Source: Defluviicoccus sp. (GTDB lineage Bacteria; Pseudomonadota; Alphaproteobacteria; MPNO01). From it: DNA of 64,000 nucleotides. Made by a program: the position numbers and the translations under genes. The stretch is from positions 1,309 through 65,308 of the forward strand of contig JAJEHI010000086.1 in the NCBI GenBank assembly GCA_022823775.1, written 5' to 3'. The notes under the pieces were generated by a model. The model searched no databases. It was given only the letters and a program-made list of their open reading frames with translations, and was not told the DNA's origin. How positions within the stretch are numbered: the stretch's first letter is position 1; every line of letters begins with the position of its first letter. Positions 39,359 through 51,034 of the stretch are shown here, piece by piece.

Positions 39359-40450
39359 CTATCCGTCGGGCTTCGGCGCCGGCCGGTAGATTTCCTCGAC
39401 ATCGTTGCCGACCGGCCGGCTCGCTATCTTCTCGAAGCGCGGCGCGGCGTCAAGCGCGTCGACCTCCAGACTCCCGACGGCGGGCAGGCCGTCGCCGCCG
39501 ATCGCGACCCCGGACCGGTACCAGACCAGGCGATCGACGAGGCCGGCGCGAAGCAACGCCGCGGCGATGCGCCCCCCGCCCTCCACCAGCACCGACGTGA
39601 TGCCCTTGCGGGCGATGGCGCGGAGGGCCGCGGCAAGGTCGACCTTGCCCGAGCCGTCGGGTTCGACCGCCTCGACGTCGACCCCGCTGCCCCGATAGGC
39701 CTCTGCGCGCCCGGCCGCGAGCGGTTCCGCGACCGTCGCCCAGGTCGGGATACGGGCCGCATCGGCGATCAGGGAATGGGTCGCCGGGAGGGCCTCGCCC
39801 CCCTCGACGACGACGCGCACGGGGCTCCGGTCGGCCAACCCGGGAAGCCGGCAGGTCAGGCTCGGATCGTCCTGCCGCGCGGTGCCGGCCCCGACCAGAA
39901 TGGCGTCGTGGCGGGCGCGCAGCATGTGCGCCGCCCGGCGCGCCTCCTCCCCGGTTATCCAGCGGCTTTCGCCGGACCGCGTCGCGATCCGGCCGTCGAG
40001 CGTGGTGGCGAGCTTGAGCGTGACCGCCGGGCGACCCTGGCCTACCCGGGTAAAAAAGCCGATCAGACCTTCGGCCGCCTCGTCGGCGCACAGGCCCGCC
40101 TCGACCGCGACGCCCGCCGCGGCCAGCTTCTCCATCCCGCGGCCGTCCACGCGCGGGTCGGGATCCCGGCAGGCGACGACGGCGCGGGCGATGCCGGCCT
40201 TGATCAGCGCGTCCGCGCAAGGCGGGGTCCGGCCGACATGGGCGCAGGGTTCCAGCGTGACATAGGCCGTGGCCCCCCGCGCGGCGGCTCCGGCGCGGGC
40301 GAGCGCCTCCGTCTCCGCGTGCGGGCGTCCGCCCGGCGCCGTCCATCCGCGCCCCACCGCGACGCCGTCGCGTACGATCACGCAGCCCACTGGTGGATTC
40401 GGCCAGGCATTGCCGAGCGCGCGGCGGGCGATCGAAACCGCGCCGCGCAT
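39359..40450 (-). CDS. ribD: Bifunctional diaminohydroxyphosphoribosylaminopyrimidine deaminase / 5-amino-6-(5-phosphoribosylamino)uracil reductase
   Basis: CMP/dCMP deaminase zinc motif (HAETEALA...[11 protein letters not shown]) plus a C-terminal reductase domain. Start set at the internal Met so as not to overlap nrdR. Confidence 0.85.
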   Translation of the reverse strand: MRGAVSIARRALGNAWPNPPVGCVIVRDGVAVGRGWTAPGGRPHAETEALARAGAAARGATAYVTLEPCAHVGRTPPCADALIKAGIARAVVACRDPDPRVDGRGMEKLAAAGVAVEAGLCADEAAEGLIGFFTRVGQGRPAVTLKLATTLDGRIATRSGESRWITGEEARRAAHMLRARHDAILVGAGTARQDDPSLTCRLPGLADRSPVRVVVEGGEALPATHSLIADAARIPTWATVAEPLAAGRAEAYRGSGVDVEAVEPDGSGKVDLAAALRAIARKGITSVLVEGGGRIAAALLRAGLVDRLVWYRSGVAIGGDGLPAVGSLEVDALDAAPRFEKIASRPVGNDVEEIYRPAPKPDG

Positions 40451-40460
40451 GAAGCGCCGG

Positions 40461-40925
40461 TCACTCTCCGCCTTCGACGACACCGAGATTGCCGATGAAG
40501 TCTCCGAAGTCGCGGGCCTCGCGGAAGTTGCGATAGACCGATGCGAAACGGACATAGGCGACCTGGTCCAGGGTGGAGAGCGCGTCCATCACCATTTCCC
40601 CGATCGTATCGGAGTTCACTTCCGTCTCGCCCGAACTCTCCAGCCGGCGAATTATGCTGTTGATCACCAACTCGACGCGTTCGGCCTCGACGGGCCGCTT
40701 GCGCAGGGCGATCCGCATCGAGCGCTCCAGCTTTTCACGGTCGAGCGGCTCGCGCGCGCCGTCCTTCTTGACCACGGTCAATTCGCGGAGCTGTACCCTT
40801 TCGAAGGTCGTGAACCGTTGCCCGCAGGACTGGCAGGATCGGCGCCGCCGGATCGCGGAATTGTCTTCCGTCGGGCGCGAGTCCCGAACCTGGGTGTCGC
40901 TGTGACCGCAAAAGGGACAACGCAT
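40461..40925 (-). CDS. nrdR: Transcriptional repressor NrdR
   Basis: [42 protein letters not shown] zinc ribbon plus ATP-cone. Confidence 0.9.
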   Translation of the reverse strand: MRCPFCGHSDTQVRDSRPTEDNSAIRRRRSCQSCGQRFTTFERVQLRELTVVKKDGAREPLDREKLERSMRIALRKRPVEAERVELVINSIIRRLESSGETEVNSDTIGEMVMDALSTLDQVAYVRFASVYRNFREARDFGDFIGNLGVVEGGE

Positions 40926-40944
40926 CAGCGCATCCTAACCCCGG

Positions 40945-42255
40945 TCATTGGTGGGGGTATATCGGAAATCGGTCGCACAGATCGCGCACCCGCCTACGCA
41001 CCGAAAGCTCGACGGCGCCGTTGTCGTTGCTGCCTGAGGCGAGCCCGTCGAGCACCTCGAGGATCAGAGCGCCCACCCGGGCGAACTCCGCGGGTCCGAA
41101 CCCGCGGGTGGTCGCGGCGGGCGATCCCAGCCTTATCCCGGATGTGACGGTCGGCTTCTCCGGGTCGAACGGAACGGCGTTCTTGTTGCAGGTGATGCCG
41201 GCGCGCTCGAGGCTCTGCTCGGCGATCTTGCCCGTCAGCCCCTTGGGCCTGAGGTCGACCAGCATCAGATGGGTATCGGTGCCGCCGGACACGATGTCGA
41301 GACCGCCTTCGAGCAGCGTTTGCGCCAGGATCCGGGCGTTCTCCACCACGGCGGCGGCGTATGCCGGGAAAGTGGGCCGCAGCGCTTCGCCCAGCGCGAC
41401 CGCCTTGGCGGCGACGATATGCATCAGCGGCCCGCCCTGGGTCCCCGGGAAAATCGAGGAATTGATCTTGCGCGCGATGGCCTCGTCATCGGTCAACACC
41501 ATGCCGCCTCGGGGCCCCCGCAGGGTCTTGTGGGTGGTCGTCGAAACGACGTGGGCGTGCGGCAGGGGGCTCGGGTGGACTCCGCCGGCGACGAGTCCCG
41601 CGAAGTGGGCCATGTCCACGAACAGGTAGGCATCGACTTCGTCGGCTATTTCGCGGAACGCGGCGAAATCGATGATTCTCGGGTAGGCGGATCCGCCGGC
41701 GACGACGATCCTCGGGCGACGTTCGCGGGCGAGCCGGCGAACCTCCTCCATGTCGATCCGGCCGTCCTCCTCGCGCACGCCGTACTGCACCGCGTCGAAC
41801 CACTTGCCGGACAGGTTGGGCGCCGCGCCGTGGGTCAGATGTCCGCCGGCGGCGAGCGACAGCCCGAGTATCGTGTCCCCCGGCTTGCAAAGTGCGAAAT
41901 AGACCGCCGCATTGGCCTGGGCGCCCGAATGCGGCTGGACGTTGGCGAAGCCGCAACCGAAGAGCGCCTTTGCCCGATCGATCGCGAGGGCTTCGGCGAC
42001 GTCGACGAATTCGCACCCGCCGTAATAGCGGCGGCCGGGATATCCCTCGGCGTATTTGTTGGTCAGCACGGAGCCCGCCGCCTCCAGCACCGCCCGCGAA
42101 ACGATGTTTTCCGAGGCGATCAGCTCGATCTGATCCTGCTGGCGAACCAGCTCCGAGCGAAGGGCGGCGTCCACCTCCGGATCGGATTCGCGTATCGCCT
42201 GCTCGAAAAAACCGTCATCGAGTTCCGTCCGCGCGCCAAGCTGTTCTACCGACAT
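40945..42255 (-). CDS. glyA: Serine hydroxymethyltransferase
   Basis: 436 aa with the PLP-lysine region ([16 protein letters not shown]). Confidence 0.95.
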   Translation of the reverse strand: MSVEQLGARTELDDGFFEQAIRESDPEVDAALRSELVRQQDQIELIASENIVSRAVLEAAGSVLTNKYAEGYPGRRYYGGCEFVDVAEALAIDRAKALFGCGFANVQPHSGAQANAAVYFALCKPGDTILGLSLAAGGHLTHGAAPNLSGKWFDAVQYGVREEDGRIDMEEVRRLARERRPRIVVAGGSAYPRIIDFAAFREIADEVDAYLFVDMAHFAGLVAGGVHPSPLPHAHVVSTTTHKTLRGPRGGMVLTDDEAIARKINSSIFPGTQGGPLMHIVAAKAVALGEALRPTFPAYAAAVVENARILAQTLLEGGLDIVSGGTDTHLMLVDLRPKGLTGKIAEQSLERAGITCNKNAVPFDPEKPTVTSGIRLGSPAATTRGFGPAEFARVGALILEVLDGLASGSNDNGAVELSVRRRVRDLCDRFPIYPHQ

Positions 42256-42265
42256 GTCATCTCCG

Positions 42266-42712
42266 CTATGCGACTCCCCCGGCGATCTTGCCCAGGCGGC
42301 GCCGATGGCGCCCTCCCTCGAAGGCCGCCGTCAGGAACGCCTCCATGCAGCGTTCCGCCTCGCTCTCCGAGATGCGGCGTCCCGGCAGGACCAGGACGTT
42401 CGCGTCGTTGTGCAGACGCGCCAGCCGCGCCGATTCCGCATCGCCCGCCAGGGCGGCGCGTATGCCGCAATGCCGGTTGGCGGCAATCGACATGCCGATG
42501 CCGCTGCCGCAAATCAGCACTCCGCACTCCGCCGCGCCGGTCCGCAGGGCATCGACAAGCGCCTCGGCGAAGTCGGGGTAGTCCACCGCATCCGCGCTGT
42601 CGGTGCCGAGATCCCTCGCCACGACGCCCCGGCCGATGAGCCAGTCGACGAGGTGCGACTTTAGCGCGAAGCCGGCATGGTCCGCGGCCAGGGCAACCGT
42701 CTTTTCGGGCAT
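42266..42712 (-). CDS. rpiB: Ribose-5-phosphate isomerase B
   Basis: Internal Met [18 protein letters not shown]... and the LacAB/RpiB active-site Cys region ([15 protein letters not shown]). Confidence 0.85.
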   Translation of the reverse strand: MPEKTVALAADHAGFALKSHLVDWLIGRGVVARDLGTDSADAVDYPDFAEALVDALRTGAAECGVLICGSGIGMSIAANRHCGIRAALAGDAESARLARLHNDANVLVLPGRRISESEAERCMEAFLTAAFEGGRHRRRLGKIAGGVA

Positions 42713-42841
42713 CGCGGTGGGACTCAAGGGCTCGGGTCCGCGCCTGATACCACACCGTCGGGGAGGTTGCCAAGAATCGCGGAATCGGCCCGAGGTCCGG
42801 CCGGGCCGTTCAAAGACGTGACGCGACGTCTCATTTGGCAT

Positions 42842-43075
42842 AGAATAAAACTCGTCATTTCATTTACACCTCGTCGCAAGCCAAGGCACGATTACTGGCT
42901 CGGATATTCTTGCCTTGAATTGGTAGTCTTCGAAGGGAATACATCGATAGCTGGGCCGACAGGCGTATTCATAAGATTATTTTCTGTATAGATTTGTTAC
43001 GATTTCATTTGACAATCTAATAGGTTTGTGTCATCTGCCACTTGTTCAACTTTCAATTGAGGATAGCCACGCAAA
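42842..43075 (+). promoter_or_regulatory. AT-rich divergent promoter/operator region upstream of mucR/ros (and of the rpiB operon)
   Basis: A locally AT-rich stretch (for example tattttctgtatagatttgttacgatttcatttgacaatctaataggtttgtg) in an otherwise high-GC genome. Ros/MucR regulators autoregulate through AT-rich operators. Confidence 0.4.
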
Positions 43076-43528
43076 ATGGTGGACAATTCGAAGGACGCTG
43101 CGGACCGTTCCGAAATCCTCCGCATGTCGGTCCAGATCGTCGCTGCCTATGTCGGCAGTAACTCCGTTGCCGCCAAAGACATTCCGGAAGTAATCGACAC
43201 GGTGTACAGGTCGCTCAGCGTCCTGGACCACGACGGACCGCGGGTCGGCATGGAGCCCCCGAAACCGGCCATCAACGTCCGTCATTCGGTCACGCCGGAC
43301 TACATCGTTTGTCTCGAAGATGGCAAGAAGCTCAAGATGCTCAAGCGGCATCTCCGCGCGGTCTACGACATGACGCCGGAAGAGTACCGCGTGAAGTGGG
43401 GGCTTCCGGCCGATTACCCGATGGTCGCCCCCAACTACGCGGCCAAGCGCTCGGAGTTCGCGAAGCGAATCGGGCTGGGACGAAAGAAGGGCCAGCGGCC
43501 GCAACAGGAGCAGCGCGGAGCGGCCTGA
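43076..43528 (+). CDS. mucR: Ros/MucR-family zinc-finger transcriptional regulator
   Basis: C2H2-type prokaryotic zinc-finger region (PDYIVCLEDGKKLKMLKRHLRAVYDMTPEEYRVKWGLPADYPMVAPNY). Confidence 0.85.
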   Translation: MVDNSKDAADRSEILRMSVQIVAAYVGSNSVAAKDIPEVIDTVYRSLSVLDHDGPRVGMEPPKPAINVRHSVTPDYIVCLEDGKKLKMLKRHLRAVYDMTPEEYRVKWGLPADYPMVAPNYAAKRSEFAKRIGLGRKKGQRPQQEQRGAA

Positions 43529-43604
43529 CGGGCGCGGTCCGCCCGTTTCCTCACGGGGAGCGAGCGGCGCCAGCGCGAACCGGCGCCACCGCTTCCGTTC
43601 CGGG

Positions 43605-44708
<1,104 letters not shown>

Positions 44709-44736
44709 TTCGAATTCTCCGGTTGGCAACACGGAC

Positions 44737-45384
44737 TCATCCTATCGGCTTACCGAGAGCGGAATAAAGCGCCGAATCCCGGACCTGTCCGCAATCGCGG
44801 ATCGCGTCCTTGAGCGATTCGTAGTCCTCGACCGCGGGGAAGTCCGGGAATTCGTCCCGTACCGCAGCCGGGGCGCGAAACAGGATGCCGGCATGCGCCG
44901 CCCGCAGCATGGCGATGTCGTTATAGGAATCGCCGGCCGCGGTAACGTGGAAGTTGAGCGTTCGGAAGGCTTCGACGCTCGCGCGCTTGTGGTCTGGGTG
45001 CCGCAAGCGGTAATCGCCGATGCGCCCGTCTTCCTCGACGACGAGCGAATGGCAGAGCAGCGTCGGCAGATCGAGTTGCGCCATCAGCGGGCCGGCAAAC
45101 TCGCGATAGGTGTCCGACAGGATGATCACCGGCCCCTGCTCGCGGAGCCAGCGGAGGAATTCGCGCGCCCCGGGTAGCGGTGCCATCGTCGCGACCACCG
45201 CCTCGACATCCCTCAGCCCGAGCCGATGCTCTTCGAGCAGCCCCAGGCGCTGACGCATCAGCGCGTTGTAGTCGGGAACGTCGCGCGTGGTCGCCCTGAG
45301 CGCTTCGATGCCCGTGCGTTCGGCGAGCCCGATCCAGATTTCGGGGATCAGCACGCCTTCGAGATCGAGACAGAAAATCCGCAC
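44737..45384 (-). CDS. HAD-family phosphoserine phosphatase/homoserine phosphotransferase ThrH-like
   Basis: MRIFCLDLEGVLIPEIWIGLAERTGIEALRATTRDVPDYNALM... closely parallels ThrH (the DLEGVL nucleophile motif and GDSYND motif). Confidence 0.7.
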   Translation of the reverse strand: MRIFCLDLEGVLIPEIWIGLAERTGIEALRATTRDVPDYNALMRQRLGLLEEHRLGLRDVEAVVATMAPLPGAREFLRWLREQGPVIILSDTYREFAGPLMAQLDLPTLLCHSLVVEEDGRIGDYRLRHPDHKRASVEAFRTLNFHVTAAGDSYNDIAMLRAAHAGILFRAPAAVRDEFPDFPAVEDYESLKDAIRDCGQVRDSALYSALGKPIG

Positions 45385-45449
45385 GCAAGGGTCTCTTCAC
45401 ATTACGCGAGGCGGTTCGCGAACCCGACCCGCCCGAACGCGGGTTAGGC

Positions 45450-47081
45450 TCACACCTCGGCGGGCGCCAGCGGCTCGCGGCCGCGGATCAGGTCGGAGGC
45501 GCGTTCGGCGATCATGATCACCGGCGCGTTGATGTTGCCGCCGACGAGGTCCGGCATCACCGAGGCGTCCACTACGCGCAGCCCGTCGACACCTCTCAGG
45601 CGCAATTCCGGATCGACCACCGCCATGTCGTCGCTCCCCATGCGGCAGGTGCCGGCGGGATGATGCGCGGTCGCCGCGTTCCGACGCACGAAGGCGTCGA
45701 TCTCGTCGTCGCTCGTCACGTCCGGACCGGGATCGACCTCGATCGCGCCGAAGTTCTTCAACGGCTCCTGGCGGCCGACCTCCCGGACCAGCTTCACCCC
45801 GTCGCGGATGGTCCTGACATCCGCCTCTTCGGAAAGAAAGTTCTGGTGGATGCGGATCTTGTCCCGGGGATCGGCCGACGCGAGCCTGAGTTCGCCCCGG
45901 CTCTGCGGGCGAAGCAGTACCGGCCGGCAGCCGAACCCGTCGGACCAGGCGGGCTTCACGACAGGAAACCAGGGATAGGCTTCGTCCGGCAGGGCGCGGA
46001 ACAGGAACTGGATGTCCGGCAGCTCGACCTCCGGCCGGGACTTGAGAAAAGCCATGATCCCGCCGGGAAGGTCCGTGGCAGGCCCGGAGCCGGCGACATA
46101 GGCCCGCGGCACGTCCACCGCGAGCCGGTCCATCCGCATCTGCCGGTGGAACGTCCCGCGGTCGTCGCGGCTGTAGGAAACCAATGCCGACAGATGGTCC
46201 TGCAGGTTCTTACCGACGCCTTTCAGATCGTGCACGGCGTCGATCCCGTGCTCGCCGAGTTCGTCGGCCGGCCCGATTCCCGACAGCATCAGCACCTGCG
46301 GCGAGTTGATCACGCCGCCGGCGAGCAGGACTTCGCGGTCCGCGCCCACCTCCGCAGCCTGTCCGTTCCGGGCGAATTCGAGCCCCGCCGCCCTGCCGTT
46401 CTCAATCAGGAGACGGGTGACGAGCGCGCCGGTCTCGAGGGTTACGTTGGAGCGCTTCAGGGCGGGCTTGAGATAGGCCACGGCGGCGCTGCAGCGGCGC
46501 CCGTTCCGGATCGTCTGCTGGAGCCAGGTAAAGCCCTCCTGCCGGGCGCCGTTATAGTCCTCGGTGAACTCGTGGCCCGCCTCGCGCCCGGCCTCTATGA
46601 AGGCGTGCAGCAGGGGATCGTCGAAGATTCCCGCGCGCACGGTAAGCGGACCGCCGTTGCCGCGATATTCGTCGCCTCCCCTTTCCCAGGCCTCGGACCG
46701 CTTGAAATAGGGCAGCACGTCGGCGTAGGACCAGCCCGGACAACCCTTCTGGCGCCAGCGGTCGTAATCGCCCCGGTGGCCGCGCACATAGGCCATCGCG
46801 TTGATGGAGGACGAGCCGCCGACCACCCGTCCGCGCGCGCACTCGATGGAGCGGTTGTCGAGATTGGGCTCGGGCTCGGTGAAGTACATCCAGTCGTGGC
46901 GCCGCTCCTCGAGGATTTTCCCCCAGCCGAGCGGAATGTGGATCATCGGGTCCCGGTCCCAGCCGCCCGCCTCGACCACGAGAACGCTGACGTCCGGGTC
47001 TTCGCTCAGCCGGTTGGCGAGCACGCAGCCGGCCGACCCGGCACCGACGATCACGTAATCGTATGTCACTCGCTGCACCAA
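45450..47081 (-). CDS. GMC-family FAD-dependent oxidoreductase (choline dehydrogenase-like)
   Basis: YDYVIVGAGSAGCVLANRLSED... N-terminal FAD motif and GMC signature regions. 543 aa. Confidence 0.85.
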   Translation of the reverse strand: MVQRVTYDYVIVGAGSAGCVLANRLSEDPDVSVLVVEAGGWDRDPMIHIPLGWGKILEERRHDWMYFTEPEPNLDNRSIECARGRVVGGSSSINAMAYVRGHRGDYDRWRQKGCPGWSYADVLPYFKRSEAWERGGDEYRGNGGPLTVRAGIFDDPLLHAFIEAGREAGHEFTEDYNGARQEGFTWLQQTIRNGRRCSAAVAYLKPALKRSNVTLETGALVTRLLIENGRAAGLEFARNGQAAEVGADREVLLAGGVINSPQVLMLSGIGPADELGEHGIDAVHDLKGVGKNLQDHLSALVSYSRDDRGTFHRQMRMDRLAVDVPRAYVAGSGPATDLPGGIMAFLKSRPEVELPDIQFLFRALPDEAYPWFPVVKPAWSDGFGCRPVLLRPQSRGELRLASADPRDKIRIHQNFLSEEADVRTIRDGVKLVREVGRQEPLKNFGAIEVDPGPDVTSDDEIDAFVRRNAATAHHPAGTCRMGSDDMAVVDPELRLRGVDGLRVVDASVMPDLVGGNINAPVIMIAERASDLIRGREPLAPAEV

Positions 47082-47153
47082 GATCGTCTCCCGGGTTGTC
47101 CGGCTCCGCGGTCAGGTCTGGCGGAGCCGGCGCATGGGCAGGGCCGCCGGACC

Positions 47154-48089
47154 CTATTCCGCAGCCCGATGGGCTGCCGACTGCATATCGAAATCGACCA
47201 GCGATGCCGCGTCTGCGGTCTCGCGCAGCATGCCCCAGCTCCGGATCCACGCGGCGGTCCGTTCGAGCTCATGGTCCGGGATCGGCGCCGGCTCGACGAC
47301 GACGATCCGGCTCGGGCGCAGGTCGTCGATGCCGAGCGCCGCGATTTCCGGGTCGTTTCGGGCGTGACGGTCGATGAAATAGCGCAGGTATTTCGTCTTG
47401 TCGGCGTCGATCCGGCGAACGGCCTCGCAGACGGCGCGGTTAAACCGTGCATAGGTCCCGGCGTCGACCCGGTCCGAAGCGACCTCGGTGCCGTGATAGA
47501 ACGCGGCCGTGAGGATCCGGCAACCCTTCTTTTCCGCGAGCGAGATATAGGGCTCGGTCAGGGTGGTCGCCTCGATCTCGCCCGACATCATCGAATCGAG
47601 GCGGAAGCGAGAGCCCATCGGGGCGCTGCACACCCGGATGCGGTCGCGCGGCAGGAAACCCTCCAGCATGTGGAGGGCGAGATAGTGGGTGCCGAAATAG
47701 AACGGCACGCCGACCAGCCGGTCGGCGAGCTGTTGCGCGGTGAACACGTCGGAATCGGGGCGCACCGCGATCGCCGCGTAGGTGACGATCGAACGACGGC
47801 CGACCTGGCGTCCGCCCTCGATGCCAGAATCCTGCACCCGGCAGTAATTCCCCCACTCGCAGGCGTTGTACATGTCCGCCCTGCCCTCTTCGAAGAGCTT
47901 GCCGTGGCTGGAGTGGGGATCGAGCCCTTCCGGACCGAGAATGTCGACGCGGGTCCGCCGGTCGACACCGGCTTCGCGGTCGACCCATTCGATTTCGAGG
48001 CCCTCTTTCTCGAACAGCCCCTCATCGTCGGCGACCAGTTCGCAGAGCCCTTGGAACGGGGCCGTATTCTCGAGCACCAGCGTCTGCAT
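47154..48089 (-). CDS. NMT1/THI5-like (NitT/TauT-type) ABC substrate-binding domain protein
   Basis: About 310 aa with a periplasmic-binding-protein type-2 fold. Start chosen at the third Met (MQTLV...), which follows GGGAGAG. There is no obvious signal peptide, so the function is uncertain. Confidence 0.5.
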   Translation of the reverse strand: MQTLVLENTAPFQGLCELVADDEGLFEKEGLEIEWVDREAGVDRRTRVDILGPEGLDPHSSHGKLFEEGRADMYNACEWGNYCRVQDSGIEGGRQVGRRSIVTYAAIAVRPDSDVFTAQQLADRLVGVPFYFGTHYLALHMLEGFLPRDRIRVCSAPMGSRFRLDSMMSGEIEATTLTEPYISLAEKKGCRILTAAFYHGTEVASDRVDAGTYARFNRAVCEAVRRIDADKTKYLRYFIDRHARNDPEIAALGIDDLRPSRIVVVEPAPIPDHELERTAAWIRSWGMLRETADAASLVDFDMQSAAHRAAE

Positions 48090-48219
48090 CGGCATCTCTC
48101 CCAAGCACCCTATCCTAGAGCAATCGGCCCGCGCGAGCGACAGCCCGCGGCGGGTTGCAATCGGTCCCCGAGGGGTTCAGTTTTCCACGGCGCGACGGGC
48201 CGCGGCGGTTTCGCGAAAC

Positions 48220-48309
48220 GGATGGGTGGCCGAGCGGTCGAAGGCACCGGTCTTGAAAACCGGCAGGCGTGCAAGCGTCTCGTGGGTTCGAATCCCACCC
48301 CATCCGCCA
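48220..48309 (+). tRNA. tRNA-Ser (anticodon UGA)
   Basis: GGATGGGTGGCCGAGCGGTCGAAGGCACCGGTCTTGAAAACCGGCAGGCGTGCAAGCGTCTCGTGGGTTCGAATCCCACCCCATCCGCCA has a 7-bp acceptor stem, an anticodon stem CCGGT/ACCGG with loop CTTGAAA, a long variable arm and an encoded CCA. Confidence 0.9.
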
Positions 48310-48680
48310 TATCCGGGACTCTACGGGAAAGGGGCGGAGCCAAGGCCGAGCCAACGACTTCGGCTCCGCAAGTCGCAGGGGGGAAACACAGGGAGGCATC
48401 TGGCAGGACAACCCGATCCCCCCACCAAGGACCCGCGGAAGGGAGAAACCGCAAGTCCAGCAAAAAATATTTCACATGCGGCAGGCGATTGTTACCGGAA
48501 TATGACCCGGCGCCGCGCCCGCCGGATAGCTGACTTCAAGCCAGTTTTGGACCGAAATAGTACTTATTAATCAATATATTATAGTCATTTTCTGAGATTT
48601 TGAATCGCCCCGTGCTTCGGAACAAATGCGAATCGCCCTGGGCGAATCGGCAACCCGTCGGCAGCGCCGCGGCGGCACGC

Positions 48681-50027
48681 TTAGCGACGCCGGTCGATGA
48701 AACGCGGGGCTTTCACGCTGGCCTCGAACTCGCGGGCCAGCAGGCCGGGTTCGAGGATGACGATGTCGGGCGAGAGCTCGAAGGTCTCCTTGGTGCGCCT
48801 CTCCAGGTCCTCGCGCAGCGTGTCGGGGTCGGCGCCGCGGCGCGGCTCGACGGAAACCCGGAGGCGTTCGAGACCCGACGCGTCGCCGATCAGTTCGAGC
48901 TTGAAGTCGTTCACCGAGCGGTGCCCGAACATCATGTCCTCGAATTCCTGGTGGTTGACGTTGACACCGCGCAGCTTGAAGAAGCCCGCCGTGCGGTGGG
49001 CGTGGCGCATCGTGGGGAAGACCGAGAACGCCCCGTCGTCGCCCCCGGCGGGGTTCATGATCACGATGTCGCCCGAATCCCAGCGCAGGAACGGCGCCCC
49101 GTTGTTGCCGAACAGGGAGGTGCAAACCAGATGGCCGGGCTCGCCGTCCGGCACCGGCTTGCCGGTATCGGGGTCGAGCACCTCGAATATGGCGAGGTCG
49201 GCCCAGATCCTGAACCCCTGGCGGGACGGTCCCTCCGCGGCCAGCATGCTGATCTCGGTCATCCCGAAACAGTCGAAGACCCGGGCTCCCCAGTCGCGTT
49301 CGAGCTTTTCCCGCTTGGCCGCCGAAAGCGCCTCGGCGGAGCACAGCATGGTGGAGACCGAGCCTTCAGCAAGGTCCACGCCCTCCGAGTTGGCCAGGTT
49401 GGCGAGGTGCAGGCCGTAGCTCGACATGCCCAGCCAGACGGTGGGCTTGAGCGAGGAAATCAGGGCGAGCTGCTGGACCGACGGCAGCGACGCGCCGGAG
49501 CCCGCCCATACCGCGCCCATCCCCACGATCTGCGCCGCGCGCGCCCACATGTGGCCGACCGGATGGACCCCGAGCGGCGTCGAGATATGCGCCCTGTGGT
49601 TCGCCCCGTCTTCGATCCCCGCGGCCGCGAAGGTGCGGGTGAAACCGACCATGTTGAAGAGGATGTCCTCGAAAGTCTTCGGGTAGAACAACGGCTTTCC
49701 GGTGCTCCCGCCCGAGCGCCAGTACTCGCAGATCTCCTGACCGTCGAGCGTGCAGAAATCCTCGTAAAACCGCTCGTCCGACATCGCCCGAAGCTCGTCC
49801 TTGGTCAGGATCGGGATCTTCGACCACTCCTCGGGGTCGTCGAGCTTGCCGACGTCGATCCCCTCGAGGCGCGGGCGCCAGAACGGCGATCTGCGGGCGC
49901 GCTCGACGGCGATGCGCTTGCGTCTGCTCTGGATGCCTTCGATCTCTTCCGGGTTCTCCGGAATGCAGAGCGGCAAACCCGCGTAGATGTCCGGACGGCC
50001 CCGGGCCAGGCTCTCCAGCGCGCTCAT
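48681..50027 (-). CDS. Phenylacetate-CoA ligase family (PaaK/coenzyme F390 synthetase-like) adenylate-forming enzyme
   Basis: 448 aa. The AMP-binding core is present (YWRSGGSTGKPLFYP, GMTE) and the PaaK-like C-terminal domain. Confidence 0.8.
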   Translation of the reverse strand: MSALESLARGRPDIYAGLPLCIPENPEEIEGIQSRRKRIAVERARRSPFWRPRLEGIDVGKLDDPEEWSKIPILTKDELRAMSDERFYEDFCTLDGQEICEYWRSGGSTGKPLFYPKTFEDILFNMVGFTRTFAAAGIEDGANHRAHISTPLGVHPVGHMWARAAQIVGMGAVWAGSGASLPSVQQLALISSLKPTVWLGMSSYGLHLANLANSEGVDLAEGSVSTMLCSAEALSAAKREKLERDWGARVFDCFGMTEISMLAAEGPSRQGFRIWADLAIFEVLDPDTGKPVPDGEPGHLVCTSLFGNNGAPFLRWDSGDIVIMNPAGGDDGAFSVFPTMRHAHRTAGFFKLRGVNVNHQEFEDMMFGHRSVNDFKLELIGDASGLERLRVSVEPRRGADPDTLREDLERRTKETFELSPDIVILEPGLLAREFEASVKAPRFIDRRR

Positions 50028-51034
50028 TCCCCTGAATCGCTCCCGAGATAGCCGAGCGCGCCGATCCAGCGCTCCTGGGCGGCATAAGAGTCGGGGAGCG
50101 CCTCCTTCGCCTCCGCGTCGGCCATTGCGGCGAGGCGCCCGGCCTTTTCCGGGGTCGCCTCCGGTATCTCATCGAGGCTGTCCCCGATCATCCGCGCGTA
50201 GTCGTTGCCCACCGGACACACGTCCTGGCAGCGGCGGCAACCGCTGATCACCCCGGCACCGCGCAAAATGCTCTGCCACAGGTTGAAGCTGGTCTCGGAA
50301 CGGATCATGTCGAGCCTGGCGGCATCGTCCGGCGCTTCCAGGATGTCGCCAAGGTGATCCGCGAGCTGCGAGAAACCGTGCGGCGACCGGTAGCTGTCGC
50401 AGGCGGGCCAGTCGCGGTCCCAGTGTCCCACCACGTCTCCCGGGCAGGCGGTCAAGCAGCGGCCGCATTCCGGGCCGAGGCAAAGCGCCTCCTCCCGCCG
50501 GCCATCGGTTTCGCAATCGACCGAACACATCACCGCGGTGATCAGGACCCGGGGGCCGAACTCGGGGGTGATAAGCTGCAGATTCAGGCCCAGCGTGCCG
50601 AGCCCGGCCTCGACCGCCGCATGGGTGAGCGACAGCACCGTGGTCATGTGCTGGTTGCGGTCGCCGCGATAGAGCCACGGATCGGCATGGGTCGGCGGGA
50701 CGATGATCGTGGGATAGCCGTTGTCCTCCAGCCAGAAGACGAGCTCGAGCGAGGTTTCCTCCAGCATCGTGAGGACGAGCTCGTCGTTGTAATATTTGTG
50801 CCGCTCGTCCCAGCGCGCGATCCGGGTGGTGCCGGCGGAGTAGCGTTTGGCGAGGACGATCACGCGGCCGCCGTCATGCTCGGTGATGTCCTTCGGGCGG
50901 CGCGGGTCGCGCGGATCGGGCGGGTGCGCGTCCATCACCGCGCCGTCGGCGATACCGACGAGGTCGGCGCCGAGCGCCCTCGCCTTCGCCTTTATCGTGT
51001 CCGCGTCGAGCGGAGTCTGGAAGACGCCGACCAT
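50024..51034 (-). CDS. QueG/RdhA-superfamily 4Fe-4S protein (epoxyqueuosine-reductase-like paralogue 1)
   Basis: N-terminal KARALGADLVGIAD, GLGTLGLN...PEFGPRV, and two Cys clusters (CLGPECGRCLTACPGD and CRRCQDVCPVGND). These parallel the QueG A(E/G)LGxxG...CxxCxxCxxxCP and CxxCQxVCP motifs. Confidence 0.6.
   Translation of the reverse strand: MVGVFQTPLDADTIKAKARALGADLVGIADGAVMDAHPPDPRDPRRPKDITEHDGGRVIVLAKRYSAGTTRIARWDERHKYYNDELVLTMLEETSLELVFWLEDNGYPTIIVPPTHADPWLYRGDRNQHMTTVLSLTHAAVEAGLGTLGLNLQLITPEFGPRVLITAVMCSVDCETDGRREEALCLGPECGRCLTACPGDVVGHWDRDWPACDSYRSPHGFSQLADHLGDILEAPDDAARLDMIRSETSFNLWQSILRGAGVISGCRRCQDVCPVGNDYARMIGDSLDEIPEATPEKAGRLAAMADAEAKEALPDSYAAQERWIGALGYLGSDSGE

Noticed and set aside
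45660-48533. 957-aa plus-strand ORF spanning the GMC oxidoreductase, the binding-protein gene and the tRNA-Ser.
   Set aside because: It runs antisense to two well-supported genes and across a tRNA. It has no domain-like sequence, so it is a GC-driven open frame.
48310-48680. Looked for an integrase, transposase or duplicated tRNA 3' end (att site) flanking the tRNA-Ser islet.
   Set aside because: No integrase or transposase ORF and no convincing direct repeat of the tRNA 3' end could be found by eye. The island interpretation is kept only as a hypothesis within the finding.
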